From assembly GCA_964448855.1 (NCBI GenBank), contig CAYUXI010000003.1, forward strand, positions 32,976 to 96,975: 64,000 nt of DNA, given 5' to 3'. Position numbers and translations under genes: made by a program. The stretch comes from an uncultured Oscillospiraceae bacterium. GTDB lineage: Bacteria; Bacillota; Clostridia; Oscillospirales; QAMX01. Each line of letters opens with the position of its first letter. The stretch's first letter is position 1. The notes beneath the pieces were generated by a model that was not told the origin of the DNA, made no database searches, and saw only the letters and a list, made by a program, of their open reading frames with translations. This document shows, one piece after another, positions 1-8,014 of this stretch.

Positions 1-203
1 TTCAAAAGGTCTGCGACTGAACAGTTATTGGTCACATTGCAGCGGCCTTTTCCGGTAATCGCGAGCTTCCGACCGGGCAGCCGGTTCTTTTCGCAGAGAA
101 GGACACGGGCGCCACCGGCCGCAGCCTGTGCAGCCGCCATCATGCCGGACGGCCCGGCACCGATGACAATACAATCATATGCTTTGCTCAAAAACGAGAT
201 CAT
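1..203 (-). CDS. NAD(P)/FAD-dependent oxidoreductase, HI0933/YhiN-like (N-terminal part; gene runs off the window start)
   Basis: Minus-strand translation from ATG 203-201 gives MISFLSKAYDCIVIGAGPSGMMAAAQAAAGGARVLLCEKNRLPGRKLAITGKGRCNVTNNCSVADLL. It has a GxGxxG dinucleotide-binding fold and the GKGRCN motif typical of HI0933-type flavoproteins. The frame stays open to position 1. Not in the ORF track. Confidence 0.75.
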   Translation of the reverse strand, partial: MISFLSKAYDCIVIGAGPSGMMAAAQAAAGGARVLLCEKNRLPGRKLAITGKGRCNVTNNCSVADLL

Positions 204-218
204 CCCTTCACGATGCAT

Positions 219-1640
219 TCATCGGGCATTCCGCTGCGTCCCATCCGGGGACACTTCAAATGACCGAATCAGCGCATAAAAGCTGCTTGCCGCAGCGTCC
301 AGCACTTCGTCCGGGGACAAATCCCCTTCCAGCATGGGCTCATAAACCGAACGGTCAAAAAATGCCTGAAACCGAACGTCAAATTCGTCGGCCGTCACCG
401 TGACGGCGGGCAAAATCCAATTCCGAATGACCCGTACCGCATCTGTGTCCAGATTGGCCTGACGGACAAAGGCGGCAACCCAGTCACCGTTCAACCGCTG
501 TGCCAGAGCGTTGAAAAGAATCACACTGTTGCGCAGCGTGATGTTATTGGCAGGGAACGCGTACCCGCAATACCCCGTAACCGGTGTTCGGCGCGCAGCG
601 GAACCGGTCGGAACCGGCATCAGAATAGCTGTGCCGGAGGCGGTCAATGCGGGTGTGTCGAGAATGCTGGCCGTATCCGTCCAGAGAAAGAGCAGCTTCC
701 CGTCGATAAACAGCTGCTTCGCTTCGGCCGGTGTGCCGGAAAACATCCCCGATGAGGCAAACGTCAATGTACGAAGCTCCGAAAGCGCCTTGACGGATGC
801 GGATTCCGTCAACTCACAGCTCCATGCACCATCCCGGCGCGAAACGATCGAACCGCCGAGCGACAGATAGGCAGACCGCGGTGACGTCAACGCCGTCCCA
901 TACGTTGTGGAGGAGAGAGCCGAAGCGGCGGCAGCCAAGCGCGTATATTCCGATAACGTCCATTTCCCGGTCTCCAAGAGATTGTAGAGGTTCCCAGTGC
1001 CCAGCCGATCCAAAAGCGTCTGATTGCAGAGTAGAACCTGCCCAAAAGCGGGAATATCGTATTCCGAGGCCAGCTGAACGGCCCATTGCTTCCCGTCATA
1101 ACGAGCCTGCGAGGAAATATCGGTCAGAAATCGTGTTTTATCGTTGCAATTCAGCCCGGCATTCAAAAGCACCGGGTCGTCCGCTGCATAAATGGCTTTG
1201 GAGCTGGCCAGCACCGGAATTTCAAAGCTGCGGATTCCGAGAACATCCGCAGAGCAGACCCCGGCAGCTGCATCCGCAATGCACTCGGAAAGCGACGGCG
1301 CATAGCTGATATCGATCACGGCGTTGTAGTCGGAGCAGAGCGCATTGTAAATCGCCAGAAGCTGGCGGTCAGATTCCGTGTCATCCGCGTTCGGTAGCAG
1401 CCGATCCGCCCATGGCACGCGAATCGACCAGACATAGCCGTTCAGATCAATCGCCGGAACGGTGGTTTCATCCGGCTGCTCCGGATCCAAAAACGATGTC
1501 GTAGAAGCGACAGAGAAGACAGACGTCGCAGCCGTGGTAGAAACGTGGGCATTCAACGGCGTCATGGAGCAGGCGGAGCATAGCGCCAAAAGCAAAGCCG
1601 TCAGCACGGCCAGAAACCGCCGAGCAGTCCCTGATGGCAT
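219..1640 (-). CDS. hypothetical secreted protein / putative lipoprotein (solute-binding-protein-like size)
   Basis: 473-aa ORF with an N-terminal signal-like segment containing Cys (RRFLAVLTALLLALCSACS). No catalytic motif recognised. Confidence 0.55.
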   Translation of the reverse strand: MPSGTARRFLAVLTALLLALCSACSMTPLNAHVSTTAATSVFSVASTTSFLDPEQPDETTVPAIDLNGYVWSIRVPWADRLLPNADDTESDRQLLAIYNALCSDYNAVIDISYAPSLSECIADAAAGVCSADVLGIRSFEIPVLASSKAIYAADDPVLLNAGLNCNDKTRFLTDISSQARYDGKQWAVQLASEYDIPAFGQVLLCNQTLLDRLGTGNLYNLLETGKWTLSEYTRLAAAASALSSTTYGTALTSPRSAYLSLGGSIVSRRDGAWSCELTESASVKALSELRTLTFASSGMFSGTPAEAKQLFIDGKLLFLWTDTASILDTPALTASGTAILMPVPTGSAARRTPVTGYCGYAFPANNITLRNSVILFNALAQRLNGDWVAAFVRQANLDTDAVRVIRNWILPAVTVTADEFDVRFQAFFDRSVYEPMLEGDLSPDEVLDAAASSFYALIRSFEVSPDGTQRNAR

Positions 1641-1748
1641 ATGATCCCCCTCCCATCAATCCAATCCAATATATTATACAGCAAAACGGCTGGAAATTCA
1701 ACAGGATTTTGTAAAAACGGATGGAATCTTTCACAATGTCGCCCCGCG

Positions 1749-2069
1749 CTACAGCGCAGAAAACCGCCTGCGCGTTTCTTCCTCCGCCGGGCAGAGGACA
1801 GCGGGCAGATCGACCAGAATGGCGTCCGTGCCGATCAGCCGAATCTGCGCCCAGTCAATGTGAATGCCTTCCTCGTGCCCGAAAAAACCGAAAAACCGTG
1901 GACGGCCGGGCAAGACCAGTTGACGAATCTGACCGCTGCCTGTGTCCATCTCCAGATCGCAAATCCGGCCAAAGATTTTCCCGTCCCGGACGTTGACCAC
2001 CTCTTTCAGCTGCAGCTCGCTCAGTCGAAACGGCTCGTGCAAAACAATCAGCTCCTTTTCCGACAACAT
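1749..2069 (-). CDS. YlmC/YmxH family sporulation protein (PRC-barrel)
   Basis: 106 aa. The segment LSELQLKEVVNVRDGKIFGRICDLEMDTGSGQIRQLVLPG matches the YlmC/YmxH PRC-barrel pattern as I know it. Confidence 0.8.
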   Translation of the reverse strand: MLSEKELIVLHEPFRLSELQLKEVVNVRDGKIFGRICDLEMDTGSGQIRQLVLPGRPRFFGFFGHEEGIHIDWAQIRLIGTDAILVDLPAVLCPAEEETRRRFSAL

Positions 2070-2130
2070 CGGCCAAATGGATGATATTCAGATTGTATGC
2101 GCGAAAAACGGCGATCTTGCCTGTCTGAAC

Positions 2131-3348
2131 CTATTGAATTCTGCCGTTTCCAGATTCTGTCAGAATATTGGCGTCGTCCCGCAGACAGACGACAAAATCC
2201 GGCTGAACTGCCTGAACGTAGTCCAAAATGGACAGGTCGGTATGGTGCCGAAGATCCAGACTTCTTGTTTCGTTGAAGCTCGTATACAGGAAGGTTTCCA
2301 CGGCGTTGGTATAGGAATCGCCAAAAATCAGCACGTTCGGCAGCTCCGGTCGATTCGTCTGCAAAACCGTTTCCGCCACATCTCCACCCATGTACGCCGC
2401 ATAGGTGACAGACGCTGCGTCGTTCTCCGGCAGCACAATCACGGGCGCATCTGTGGGAACGCCGTTGTCCATGCGCGTGTAGGGGATCGGCTGCTGCAAG
2501 GCGTAGGTCCAGAAATCATCCTGCAAACCCGTCAGATAGTAAATCGACCGGCTGCGCGAACCGCGAAACGTCGCCGATACCTTCGAAAAAACGAGATCCG
2601 AATCCGTCAAAACCGGCATCGTCCGCGTCCCGTCCAGCGCCTGAAGGCGCTCCATCATCGTCTGATAGACGAGAAAAGCGCCCTTCAGCGTGTAGTGATG
2701 GTCGGTTCGCATATAAAACTGCTGCATACCACCGGCCTGCTCAAAAACCGGCTGCATACGGAGACAGGCGATCTGCCGCTCCGCCAGTGCGCTTTCGAAC
2801 GCATTCAGCGCCAACGCACGCGACTCGGCACCGCTGTAGAGATCGGCCGGATACACATCGGCAAACGCCGTCATCTGCGTCGGAACGATCACATAGAGGA
2901 ATGTCCCGCCGTACGCGTGAACCGCGTCCTGCAAGGCCAGCAGACGCTCCGCCATGCGTTCCGCACGCGCTGACGTTTCCTCAGGTGCTTCGTCGGAAGG
3001 GGACAGCTCCGGCAGCAGACAATCGTCCGTCGAAATGATGCCGTTGACAATGGTGCGGGCGGCGACATGAAGCTCCAGCCAAGTGTGCCCCATCAGCATG
3101 ATATCGCGGCCGACAATGTGATCCTGAAAGCAGGTTTCACAGTCCGCAAAGAAATCGCCGGAGATCAGCGACTCCCAGGAAGCCTCAGGCAGCTCTGCCA
3201 AGGTGCGGTTTTCAATCTGTGATACCTTTGATTGTGGCAGACAGACGGTGATCACGGGGACGGCGAAGAGGATGGCGACAAAAACGGCGGCAAAGACGAG
3301 ACTGGCTCGGTGCCGCAGCGAATCGGAAGCGCGAGGAGATTCCTGCAT
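2131..3348 (-). CDS. DHHW-motif / AlgX-AlgJ-DltD-like partner protein of MBOAT O-acyltransferase
   Basis: ORF track gives 2131-3369. An AAGGAG ribosome-binding site lies 6 nt before the internal ATG at 3348, so that start is preferred. It has an N-terminal TM anchor and the RTDHHYT motif, and sits directly downstream of the MBOAT gene. Confidence 0.7.
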   Translation of the reverse strand: MQESPRASDSLRHRASLVFAAVFVAILFAVPVITVCLPQSKVSQIENRTLAELPEASWESLISGDFFADCETCFQDHIVGRDIMLMGHTWLELHVAARTIVNGIISTDDCLLPELSPSDEAPEETSARAERMAERLLALQDAVHAYGGTFLYVIVPTQMTAFADVYPADLYSGAESRALALNAFESALAERQIACLRMQPVFEQAGGMQQFYMRTDHHYTLKGAFLVYQTMMERLQALDGTRTMPVLTDSDLVFSKVSATFRGSRSRSIYYLTGLQDDFWTYALQQPIPYTRMDNGVPTDAPVIVLPENDAASVTYAAYMGGDVAETVLQTNRPELPNVLIFGDSYTNAVETFLYTSFNETRSLDLRHHTDLSILDYVQAVQPDFVVCLRDDANILTESGNGRIQ

Positions 3349-3375
3349 ACAAAACTCCTTCCGGATCATACCCGG

Positions 3376-4779
3376 CTAAAACCGGAAATAAATAAATGGA
3401 TTAAAGGACGAAACCGTGATCGATACGACGGAAAGACCGAAGATCATCAGCAGCAGCCCGTCGCACAGAATGGCCAGCCAGGTGTGTGCCTGATAGGCGG
3501 CGCGGAGCCGGCGAGGGAGCGGGAGACAAAAGAGCACCCCCAGCAAAAGCTCCAAATGGTACTGTCCAAACAGATACCGCAGCGAAGGCGCACCGGCTTC
3601 GCCAGCGTTGACACCGCACATCGCCTGCAAATAGGTGACGACCTGTGAGAGACTCCCGGCATTAAAAAGCACCCACCCAATCAGCACCGCCAGCAGCGTG
3701 TAGAGATGGCGGAAAACAGCGGGCATCCTGTCCAATAAACGCGCAAAAAACAGCTTTTCCAGAATCAGAAGAACGGCGTAGTACAGCCCCCACAGCACAA
3801 AATTCCAGGAAGCGCCGTGCCACAGCCCGGTGAGCAGCCAGACAATCAGCAAATTGAACAGCTGACGGACACGCCCACAGCGGTTGCCGCCGAGCGGGAT
3901 GTAAACATAGTCCCGAAACCAGGTGGAGAGGGAAATATGCCACCGCCGCCAGAAATCGGAAACCGAAACGGCCAGATAAGGGTGGTTGAAGTTTTCCGGG
4001 AAGTGAAACCCGAACATCTGCCCCAGACCGATGGCCATGTCCGAATATCCGGAAAAGTCAAAATAAATGTGCAAAGCATAGGCAACTGCACCGAACCAGG
4101 CGGCACCCGCGGAAACCGCCGACAAATCCGCACCGAATACGGCGGACGCGGCCTCACCGAGCGCATTGCCGATCAGCATTTTCCGCCCAAGCCCAATGAT
4201 CAGCCGCCGACAGCCTGCGACAAATTCCTCTGCGGTTTCCCGGCGGTGCAGAAGCTCATCCGCCACCGTCTCATACCGGACAATCGGCCCGGCCACCAGC
4301 TGCGGAAACAGCGCAATGTAGGTGGCGACGTTGAGAATGTTTTTCTGCGGTGCGCACCGAGCCCGATAGACATCCAACACATAGCTCATGCCCTGAAACG
4401 TGAAAAACGAAATGCCAATCGGCATGACAATGGCGGGCACGGTCAGTGAAAGTCCGAACAGCCGGTTCAGATTCGAAACGGCAAACCCGGCATATTTGAA
4501 GAAAACGAGCAGTCCGATGTTCAAAACGACTGCCAAAACGAGCAAGAGCTTCCGCACACGCTCTGAATACCGCGCAATGCCGAGCGCCAACAGCGTATTG
4601 GCAAGAATGGATGCAAGCATTACAAAAATGCCGACCGGCTCTCCATATAAATAAAAGAACAGCGAAAAAATCAGCAGCACACCATTCCGAAGCGAACGGC
4701 AGTGCTGCGGAATCAGAAAATAAGCCAGCAGGACAGCCGGCAAAAATGCAAATAGAAAGGTTAGACTGCTGAAAACCAT
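3376..4779 (-). CDS. MBOAT family O-acyltransferase (AlgI/DltB-like)
   Basis: Polytopic membrane protein with MBOAT hallmarks (WRRWHISLSTWFRDYVYIPLGGNR, GLWHGASW). ORF track starts at 4875, but AGGAGG plus ATG at 4779 (MVFSSLTFLFAF) is the likely start. Confidence 0.9.
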   Translation of the reverse strand: MVFSSLTFLFAFLPAVLLAYFLIPQHCRSLRNGVLLIFSLFFYLYGEPVGIFVMLASILANTLLALGIARYSERVRKLLLVLAVVLNIGLLVFFKYAGFAVSNLNRLFGLSLTVPAIVMPIGISFFTFQGMSYVLDVYRARCAPQKNILNVATYIALFPQLVAGPIVRYETVADELLHRRETAEEFVAGCRRLIIGLGRKMLIGNALGEAASAVFGADLSAVSAGAAWFGAVAYALHIYFDFSGYSDMAIGLGQMFGFHFPENFNHPYLAVSVSDFWRRWHISLSTWFRDYVYIPLGGNRCGRVRQLFNLLIVWLLTGLWHGASWNFVLWGLYYAVLLILEKLFFARLLDRMPAVFRHLYTLLAVLIGWVLFNAGSLSQVVTYLQAMCGVNAGEAGAPSLRYLFGQYHLELLLGVLFCLPLPRRLRAAYQAHTWLAILCDGLLLMIFGLSVVSITVSSFNPFIYFRF

Positions 4780-4932
4780 ACATCCTCCTGCGGTGAAAGG
4801 CCAATCGGGCACTTCCATCCCAAGGATAATTGTACCAGTCTTCCTCTGAAATGTCAACATATTTCCGGCGAACACCGCAGAAAATAGGAATGCGGTTCCA
4901 ACCGCACAGATCGGAAATTTGAGGGGAATTGT

Positions 4933-5103
4933 ATGAACAAATCGTCAAAACGTATCAAGAAACAACAAAAAATGCAGTCGCCGCCACTCGGCAAAACGTT
5001 GGAAATCAACGAGATCGACCACAAGGATTCGTCACAGACACCGCAGCGGACAGACCGCGCAGTCGAATCCTCGTATGAGTGGACACGCTTTACGCAGCTG
5101 TAA
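4933..5103 (+). CDS. small basic hypothetical protein (56 aa)
   Basis: GAGGGG ribosome-binding site 6 nt before the ATG. Sequence: MNKSSKRIKKQQKMQSPPLGKTLEINEIDHKDSSQTPQRTDRAVESSYEWTRFTQL. A 13-bp hairpin follows immediately. Below the ORF-track cutoff, and no homology recognised. Confidence 0.4.
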   Translation: MNKSSKRIKKQQKMQSPPLGKTLEINEIDHKDSSQTPQRTDRAVESSYEWTRFTQL

Positions 5104-5109
5104 CAGCCA

Positions 5110-5138
5110 GACAACCTCCGGAGCCTCCGGAGGTTGTC
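5110..5138 (+). terminator. stem-loop downstream of small ORF (possible terminator)
   Basis: Perfect 13-bp stem GACAACCTCCGGA/TCCGGAGGTTGTC with a 3-nt loop. The downstream T-tract is weak (CTCGTTTGTG). Confidence 0.45.
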
Positions 5139-5178
5139 CTCGTTTGTGCCAAAACATGAAAAAAACCACACGGAGCTC

Positions 5179-5207
5179 TTGACAAAAATGGCAAAACGTG
5201 CTATACT
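5179..5207 (+). promoter_or_regulatory. sigma-A-like promoter of the peptide-maturation operon
   Basis: TTGACA, a 17-nt spacer, then TATACT. It lies about 210 nt upstream of the ATG at 5415. Confidence 0.55.
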
Positions 5208-5228
5208 GATTTCAAACAAAGAAACAGA

Positions 5229-5240
5229 GCGAACGTTCGC
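5229..5240. promoter_or_regulatory. 12-bp perfect palindrome just downstream of the promoter (candidate operator)
   Basis: GCGAACGTTCGC is its own reverse complement. It sits about 15-25 nt after the predicted transcription start. Confidence 0.3.
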
Positions 5241-5264
5241 AATTCGAATGATTTCCATAAATAA

Positions 5265-5282
5265 ATATATATATATATATAT
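5265..5282. repeat. (AT)9 dinucleotide microsatellite in the operon leader
   Basis: Eighteen nt of uninterrupted ATATAT, read directly from the sequence. Confidence 0.9.
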
Positions 5283-5414
5283 TTACATGATTTGCATATA
5301 CCAGCGCGCAAAACCAGACGTAAAATCCTGAATTTTGAAAAAACTGCGGTTCGTGAGCGCGGCGACTGATTCGCCACACCGATTGCCCGCGTCTCCGCAA
5401 ATGAGGAGGACGTT

Positions 5415-6812
5415 ATGAATCGCGACGATATCTATTTTGGAACCATTGAACAGCAGGATTCGTTCTTTCTGTCCATCTGCTCGGATGCAAAACGCGCCTA
5501 TTCTTTTTTTCTTGCCGGTACGACACCGTATGGCAAAACGTGGGTTGCCAATAACCATGTCAATCTTCGTGTTGCCTTAGACGCATACCATCATTCGGAA
5601 AAACCGGAAATCAACCTGAGAATGGTTTCCTCTCTGATGGATTCGACCCGCCTGATCGATGCGGTGCGCATTCCGAAACATACAGATTTTCTCAATGACC
5701 CGACGACCGCAGCTGCTTTCCTACGTGAACAGCTGATGGCCGGCAAGGCCGTTGTCTGCGAGCTCGATATGTTTGAGCTGCCGCATAACGAATATACCGG
5801 AAAAGAACATGAGCCACACCGAACGCTGCTGTACGGCATGAATCCAGCAGATGATACGGTGTGTCTTTTTGCATTGGTCTCACAGAACCGGCACACATTT
5901 TCCAACTTTGAAATGCCACTGGAAAAGGTGAGCCGCGCCTTGACGGCGGAATGCTGCATGGACACATCAGATCTTCAGGTCTGTACCCTGAATAACCTCC
6001 CGGAGTATCGGCTGGATCCTGAACTAATCGCGACTCAGCTCCGCTATTTTCTCTCAGGCCAGGATATCAATGCCCAGCTGGAGCTGTTTTTTGACCGTGT
6101 CCCGGATGAAATCCTGAACCGCTCACTGCGCAATACCTATACCAGTGAACAGTTCGTTTTCGGCCTCGACTGCTATACCTGGCTGGCCAAACGACTGCGG
6201 AAAATGGATCATTATCTCCCACTGCTGACATCCCTGCAATCCATTCGGGAACACTTCCAGTGCGCACTCCTTCGCATTTCGGAACTGAACAATGCGGGCT
6301 TCCTGCCTGAGTCTGCGGCTGAGGAGCTGAACAATGGCTACTCTGAGCTGCTTGCTACCACGAAAATCATCCAGATGATGAACATCAAATACAAATTCCA
6401 GCTCGCTGAGCCGGGTCGCCATATGCCGGATCTCCTTTACCGCATCGCTGATCAGCTGGAACAGATCGCAGAAACAGAAAAGCACCTGACATTGCAATTG
6501 CTGGCCTGCCTGACAGAAGCATCTGACACAGCCCCCAATTGCACCCGGTCGAATGAGCGCCCCTGCAAAGCGTCGGTACCTGCTGCGGAGAAAACGATCC
6601 AGGCGGCCTATCAGGACTATGTCCCGTCCCGATACAACCTCCTTCAGCCGGTGGATGATCGCGTTGTTGCGGTCAATACCCTGTGTGGCTCCTTCCTCTC
6701 GCTGAATCCGGACGGAGAAGCCGCCACATGGCTCCGGAAAGGGCTGAAAAACGTCCCGAAAAATCCAATGGCTGATCGTCTCATTGAGCGGGGCTACTTC
6801 GTCCGGAGCTAG
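5415..6812 (+). CDS. unassigned ~400-aa domain fused to an rSAM/SPASM-maturase-type N-terminal (peptide-binding, RRE-like) segment; ends at in-frame TAG
   Basis: AGGAGG ribosome-binding site. The C-terminal 62 aa (PSRYNLLQPVDDRVVAVNTLCGSFLSLNPDGEAATWL...LIERGYFVRS) look like the usual start of SPASM peptide maturases. The same frame continues past TAG 6810-6812 into the rSAM core. Confidence 0.7.
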   Translation: MNRDDIYFGTIEQQDSFFLSICSDAKRAYSFFLAGTTPYGKTWVANNHVNLRVALDAYHHSEKPEINLRMVSSLMDSTRLIDAVRIPKHTDFLNDPTTAAAFLREQLMAGKAVVCELDMFELPHNEYTGKEHEPHRTLLYGMNPADDTVCLFALVSQNRHTFSNFEMPLEKVSRALTAECCMDTSDLQVCTLNNLPEYRLDPELIATQLRYFLSGQDINAQLELFFDRVPDEILNRSLRNTYTSEQFVFGLDCYTWLAKRLRKMDHYLPLLTSLQSIREHFQCALLRISELNNAGFLPESAAEELNNGYSELLATTKIIQMMNIKYKFQLAEPGRHMPDLLYRIADQLEQIAETEKHLTLQLLACLTEASDTAPNCTRSNERPCKASVPAAEKTIQAAYQDYVPSRYNLLQPVDDRVVAVNTLCGSFLSLNPDGEAATWLRKGLKNVPKNPMADRLIERGYFVRS

Positions 6813-6869
6813 GCCAATGAACAGGCTCTGGCCTGCGAACAATGGCAGAGCAGCAGCAACCAGACCAGC

Positions 6870-7955
6870 GTGCTTCGCCTAATTCTGCTGCCGACAGAAG
6901 GCTGCAATTTCCGCTGCCTCTATTGCTATGAAAACCACCAACCGACCAGAATGTCTGATGAAACGGTTTCTGACATCCTGACGTTTGTCCGACAGAATAT
7001 CCATAACTATGCGGCACTTCGCATCTCGTGGTTCGGCGGTGAGCCGCTGCTCTTCATGGACTTGATCGAACACCTCTCCACCGAACTGATCGATATCTGC
7101 CGCAGGGAACGCCGCCTGTATATTTCCGATATCACGACAAACGGTTACCTGCTGACGCCTGAGATCATGAAAAAGCTGCTGCGTCTGCGTGTTCTCTCGT
7201 ATCAGGTCACGGTGGATGGCTCTGCCGCCATTCATGATCGAAACAGACCGCTGGCCAACGGCGAAGGAACCTACGATACCATCACGAAAAATATTCGCAA
7301 AATCCGCCGGGAAGTCAAAACAGGAACGTTCCAATTCCTCATCCGTGTCAATTTCACACGGGAAAGTCTCGAAGAATTTGACAGCTTCTCTGCCGAATTG
7401 CAACGGCTGCTCGCCGGTGACAAACGGTTTCATTTGCTATTCCGCCCGGCCGGAGACTGGGGTGGCCAGATCGATGAGCGTATCCGCTGCTCCCTTGTGA
7501 CGGAAAAGAGCGAACAGGTGCTCGAACGGATGCTCCGGAAAAATTCAAACCTCGACCTCCGAGAACATCTCGATTTCCTGCTGCCCTGCGGCTACCTCTG
7601 CTATGCCTCATGCGCCTCAGCCTTCGTGATTGACCCGCAGGGAATCGTCCGCAAATGTACCTGTCACCTGGAATCCGATGCCAACTGCATCGGAAAGCTC
7701 GAAAACGGCAAACTCCTGCTGGATCGGTATGCGGCAGCTCAGTGGAGCCTGGCATCGGTCGCTCCGTCAGAAACCTGCAAACAGTGCGTGATGTTCCCGG
7801 TCTGCGGAATGTCGGCGTGCCCGGCCAATCGAATTGTTCTGAAAAAACCAGAGGATGATTCGGGCTATGAAAACTGCCCGCTGGAATCGAAACTCCTCCC
7901 GCAGCTGATCGCGGCGATGGAACGGAAACATGATTTCGAAAGGATGGACGGATAA
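6870..7955 (+). CDS. radical SAM / SPASM-domain peptide-modifying enzyme core
   Basis: CNFRCLYCY (CxxxCxxC) lies 11 aa after the GTG start given by the track. The C-terminus has SPASM-type Cys clusters (CYASCASAFVIDPQGIVRKCTC, CKQCVMFPVCGMSACP). There is no ribosome-binding site before 6870, and the ORF is in the same frame as 5415-6812. Confidence 0.85.
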   Translation: MLRLILLPTEGCNFRCLYCYENHQPTRMSDETVSDILTFVRQNIHNYAALRISWFGGEPLLFMDLIEHLSTELIDICRRERRLYISDITTNGYLLTPEIMKKLLRLRVLSYQVTVDGSAAIHDRNRPLANGEGTYDTITKNIRKIRREVKTGTFQFLIRVNFTRESLEEFDSFSAELQRLLAGDKRFHLLFRPAGDWGGQIDERIRCSLVTEKSEQVLERMLRKNSNLDLREHLDFLLPCGYLCYASCASAFVIDPQGIVRKCTCHLESDANCIGKLENGKLLLDRYAAAQWSLASVAPSETCKQCVMFPVCGMSACPANRIVLKKPEDDSGYENCPLESKLLPQLIAAMERKHDFERMDG

Positions 7956-8014
7956 CCATGAAGAAAGAAGTTCTGGATGGCATTCTGAATGCGTTGGAAT
8001 AGGCGGTTTCAGAC

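Noticed and set aside
5134-5331. A 65-aa ORF spanning the promoter and the (AT)9 repeat.
   Set aside because: It has no ribosome-binding site, overlaps the promoter hexamers, and translates the dinucleotide repeat as YIYIYI. It is spurious.
6810-8002. Pyrrolysine (TAG) or selenocysteine (TGA at 11100) recoding as the explanation for the in-frame stops.
   Set aside because: TAG and TGA terminate other well-delimited genes in this window. The affected positions are not catalytic, no pyl/sel genes or SECIS-like hairpin were noticed nearby, and two different stop codons are involved. This cannot be excluded without the whole genome, so it is kept only as a check under the relevant finding.
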